A stretch of DNA of 64,000 bases from Coniocarpon cinnabarinum (taxonomy: Eukaryota), in assembly GCA_051942205.1 (NCBI GenBank), contig JAVECO010000051.1, positions 62,001 through 126,000 on the forward strand, in the 5' to 3' direction. Below the pieces are notes generated by a model. It had not been told where the DNA came from and made no database searches. It saw nothing but the letters and a program-made list of their open reading frames with translations. The position numbers were made by a program, and so were the translations under genes. Of the stretch, positions 60,058 through 64,000 are shown piece after piece; positions within the stretch are counted from its first letter, which is position 1, and the number at the start of each line of letters is the position of its first letter.

Positions 60058-62283
60058 AAGGGATCACTCGCTGCCGGTATGGTTTAATTAAGAGCACGTA
60101 CTTGTGCAATGGCCTCAAGGAGACTCGAGACTGGGAGAAGATCAATATCACAGCCGTCGTTCATCGGAATCCCTTTACACCTCGCGTGGCATAACCAACA
60201 CCCAGTGTTGCTCATTTCAAATTATCCCTCAGGCTTCTTCGAAACCATGAGAGCGTTGCCATGATCCTAAGCTGCAACTTCCAGCCGTGGAAAGATACAT
60301 CATGGACTCTGCGAAAAGATCGTATTCGCGACTGGCTACTGGTCACAGCGAATACAACCAACGGGGTGGTCCAGACAAGCTTCTCCCCTAGCTGTTTGTC
60401 AACCAACCAAGGACAACTCTCGATTATGGAGCAAAAGTGCGTCCGCAAGCTGACGTTGCGGCTCTAGCATCTAAAGACCGGACTTCCGCAAAGCTGAACG
60501 ATGTCAGAAAGGCGATAGCCATCATCTTCATCATCCTTGCAAAGATACAATGTCAAGCTGGGGAAAGCGAGCGTGCACAACAGACAAAAAGAATCAATGC
60601 TCAAATTGGTGTTCTTGTAAAGCTGTTCACGGAAAAATGACTACTCAATAGAGTACGCCAGGCATCATCCTTCACCCTGATGAAGCTAGGAAATCAAGAA
60701 TCATATTCATTATCCCTATCTGAGCTCAAACTCAGCGCTGGATATGAGATGAAGAACATGCAGCTCACAGCGCGCTGAAACAAGTGTGTCTTGCATACTT
60801 GAACCACAGCACACCACTTTCGGCTAATACCACTAGCCATTCGCAGAACAGGCCGTCTTCATTAATTCTACGCTCCGCGTCAAGCACATTCTGCTCATCG
60901 ATGGAATCAAGCAAAAACAAAATGCGAATGGAAGAAGTTTCACTTGCCTGTGCCTGATTCTTAAGTCTGCAGCCTGTAAGCCAAAGAAGTCTAGTTCAAA
61001 CACTCATACCAAATACTATGATCACTAGTATCCATGGTCCCCTTCCCGAATACAGCGATTGCTTAAGATTGCAGCTTGGTTGATTCAAGGCTGCTTGACA
61101 ATGCTCAAAGTGCAGACGCTGATATTGCCTCGTCCTTTTCTATAAAGCTTCATCTCGTGCATTCCAATGCTTCCGTTCCATTTCCAAGTCGTCGATTCTG
61201 CGAGAGATTGATACCGAGGATCGAAAGAAAATTAACCTTTCTGTTTAGTGCCGTCTCAACAAGTCTCGCCTTGTAGACTCATCTTTCTCGGTTAGAAAAG
61301 CGCAACATACGCTTTCATAGGCCTATGTAATCGAGCACGCTCAAGATTCAACTTCATTCGATTTCAGACCGTTCACACTGGGTCCGCTTGATCTCGAGTC
61401 TGAACAATCTCGAGTACGTCTGGTCTCAAGTCCGTTCAATCCTTGTCATCAAGCGGACTTTCTGACGCTGGGATACCGAAGTCTTGCATTCTATTTCTAT
61501 GCTTAATCTGATGCGTGTTCAGTGTGCAAGGCCTGTTTTACCATCTTTTCGTGCACCATCTCTATCGTAGACACGTGGATGTCGTCGTTCATGCCTCATT
61601 CGTAAGGGCTTTTAGCATGATTGTGTCAAGCTCACGAAGCACATTGTCTTTTATTCTCGAGATGAATGAGTCTAGCGTTGTAGGTCGTCTCAATTATTGC
61701 AAAGGGAAGTCACCATGCGGCTAGCGCGTGCGCTCGACACCTTTGAATTCTATTTTTGAGGGCATGCTTCAATCGCAGCAACAAGGGTGACTGCTGGTAG
61801 ATCTTGACATTGCGTTTGGGTTACCAAATCTATACGTATCTTCAACTAGCTGGCGGTACTTCTAGGCTCTCTAGGAGATCGGCGCTCTTGCTTAGTACGT
61901 GGTCTTCGGCTCCTGATCGAAGAAGTCATCGCACTCGTGTCGATTGTGTTCTTTACATTCCTTGTGGAGGAGAGAAAGAGCAAGGTGTATGGGAGCCTAA
62001 CGGTGTCCATGAAGATGCGAGACTTCTCGAAGTAATAGGTGATCTTTGGCCAAAAATCTGATAGAGCATCGTCGTGCGGGATTGCTGTTTGCTTGTGTGC
62101 GGAGTGTCGGAAATAGCGGTCCTCACCCGATGCCGCAACAAAATGAGCATCGGTCGGGCCTTCAGCACAAGGATCTGAGCTTGCTAGGAAAGCTTCGTGT
62201 CGAACTTCGCGGCATCTGTCTCATCCTCGCTGCAATCCTTGATGCCAACAGCAGAAACCGGCCGTCGAGGCGTTCAGAATGCT

Positions 62284-64000
62284 TCACTCATCAATTTTGG
62301 CTCCTACTGGGCACAGTAGCGAAAAAGATTGGTGACTGCTGTCCCTGAGTGGTAAAATCATACCCCTTGAAGACCCTAAAGCATGTAAGAACTAATGCCC
62401 AAGAAGGTGCTTTCAACTTACCAGTTGCCCGTTCTTTCTGACGGCGAACGTAATTATTCGCATAAACGACCGAAGGTAATTGCTCCCAGCGACGCGTGAA
62501 GCCAAGGCCCGCCTCAACCCGACCCATACTCTTAAGAGCCTTCTGATAGTCTTTCGCCTTCATGAGTCACAATTAGCAGGAGCGTATTGCCCTTTGGAAA
62601 GATCCCCAACTTACGCATTCCTTGTGGAGGCAGAGCTCGGCCAGTGAAGGCTTAAGTGAGCAATAGACCTTTATGAAAATCTCCCGGCCGGAAGGTAGAT
62701 CTAACATGAATCCAGCGAGTTTGCTGATGCTTTTGGCAATCTCCATGCGTTTCTCAGCACGAGAGCCCACTGCAAAATCAATTAGCATTTTTCATGGACG
62801 ATAATGGCGTTTTGACAGAAGGGTGCGCACTCAGTAATTTGGACACGAGCGCCTCATCCTCGCCGTGATCGTCTGAAAGTTCTTGCGCTTGAAATTGGTT
62901 TGCCAGTGCTGTCTTCAACTCCTGGCACACGTCGGTGATCGTCATGTTGATGGTTAATCTGAGGGCCCAGTAGAGCATCAGGGTAACTGCATTGCGACAA
63001 GTGTCAATGTGAGAATCGCATGAGAGTGGGTCTGTGGCTTCATCATCCCAAAAATCCATTTCGACCTTGTAGTCATGGTACCAGCCGATCAAGTCTGCGT
63101 CAAGCTCCGCAAGGTGTGACATCGTCTCAAGCCATTCACTCTTCACGACAGAGTTTTTCAATTGATCCGAATCGAGGATTGCATCGCTTTGCTCTAGCAT
63201 TGGCGACAGCGACAGAGCATAGTATGACAAGAGTTCAGACAGGTAATAAGGACTGCTCACGGATGGTTTCCAATGGGGTTTGTGAAAGTCGTGCAGGCCC
63301 CGCCGGAAGCCAATGGTCAATATGCCAAAGTCAAATCGACTGTTAGCTAGGGCACCATTATCGAGGGAAGGACCTGACATGTTGGTCAGCGTTTGTGCAT
63401 GGAAATGGTCGGATGGCCGTATCCCATCGTCGACTCTCCGTGACGGAGCACATTTGGTCGTCAGTCGATAGATTGTGGGCATGATTTGTGTTGGTAGCGA
63501 CGTATAGATGTTATCACTCACCAAATTTGTCAGCCCCGCCTGTGAGCTTGCATTAACATGCGCGGCCAGAAACAACAGATCTTCTACTTTCTGATGCTTA
63601 CCAGCTGCAACTACCTGCGCAAGACCATTGATATGATCGCACCATCCAGAACGGCCCTCGTTGTGCTCTAGGACTTCATATGAGGAGGAAATGCGACAGA
63701 CCAGGGCCGTTTGTATGTCCAAATCGCCCTTGTTGATCTGACCTTGTAACATACACAATGTCTTAGCATACGTCGACCGGGCCTGGGGGAGATAGTGCGG
63801 GGCTTCGCTGAGGCGGCTGACTGCTAAGAGACACAATGCTCTCAAGGCCAACTGCACGATGCGTCCTGAAGAGGCAGCCACCTGATAGGTGTCTGACAAG
63901 TTGCGGCGGATCCAGATGGGCACGCGTGTCACCTCGGTCAAAGTCGTGTAATTTTCAAATTCGAATCCAACGGGCAGAGCAGGCGGCTGGGGGAGGAGAG
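62284..64000 (-). CDS. 3' part of a probable fungal-specific (Zn2Cys6-associated) transcription factor; runs off the window end
   Basis: Frame open from 64000 to ~62825, then further exons with GT..CTAAT..AG introns. LALRALCL..ARSTYAKTL..YEVL..GWCDHINGL resembles the middle homology region of fungal TFs; no DNA-binding domain within the window. Confidence 0.55.

Overview
Gene-dense, intron-containing eukaryotic DNA from a filamentous ascomycete (Pezizomycotina-type ~50-nt introns with GTRHGT donors and CTRAY branch sites). About 20 recognisable genes: a Mit1-like PHD chromatin remodeller (5' part), MRM1, a gamma-glutamyltranspeptidase, a dienoyl-CoA isomerase, RACK1/cpc-2 hosting a U24-type C/D snoRNA, a GFA protein, TFB5, a GMC pseudogene beside an intact GMC oxidoreductase, a Goodbye-NACHT-TPR-ZZ NLR-like gene with an apparent frameshift, an 11-knuckle CnjB-like protein, an STL1-like transporter, a carboxylesterase, an MCT-type MFS transporter, PIN3/LSB1, an SDR, YME2, a divergent SUZ12-like VEFS protein, an F-box/LRR protein, GGC1, YPT1, a WD40 protein and a partial fungal transcription-factor-like gene. 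Main highlights: a nested intron-within-donor ([D3,4]-type stwintron) in YPT1, a cluster of small intronless MC-x8-C cysteine-rich paralogues at 48.5-52.8 kb, an in-register 20-bp degenerate repeat array, a possible GT-GG intron in YME2 and a His-to-Gln active-site change in the GMC enzyme. Family calls are from motif recognition and exon boundaries were read by eye; no database searches were run.
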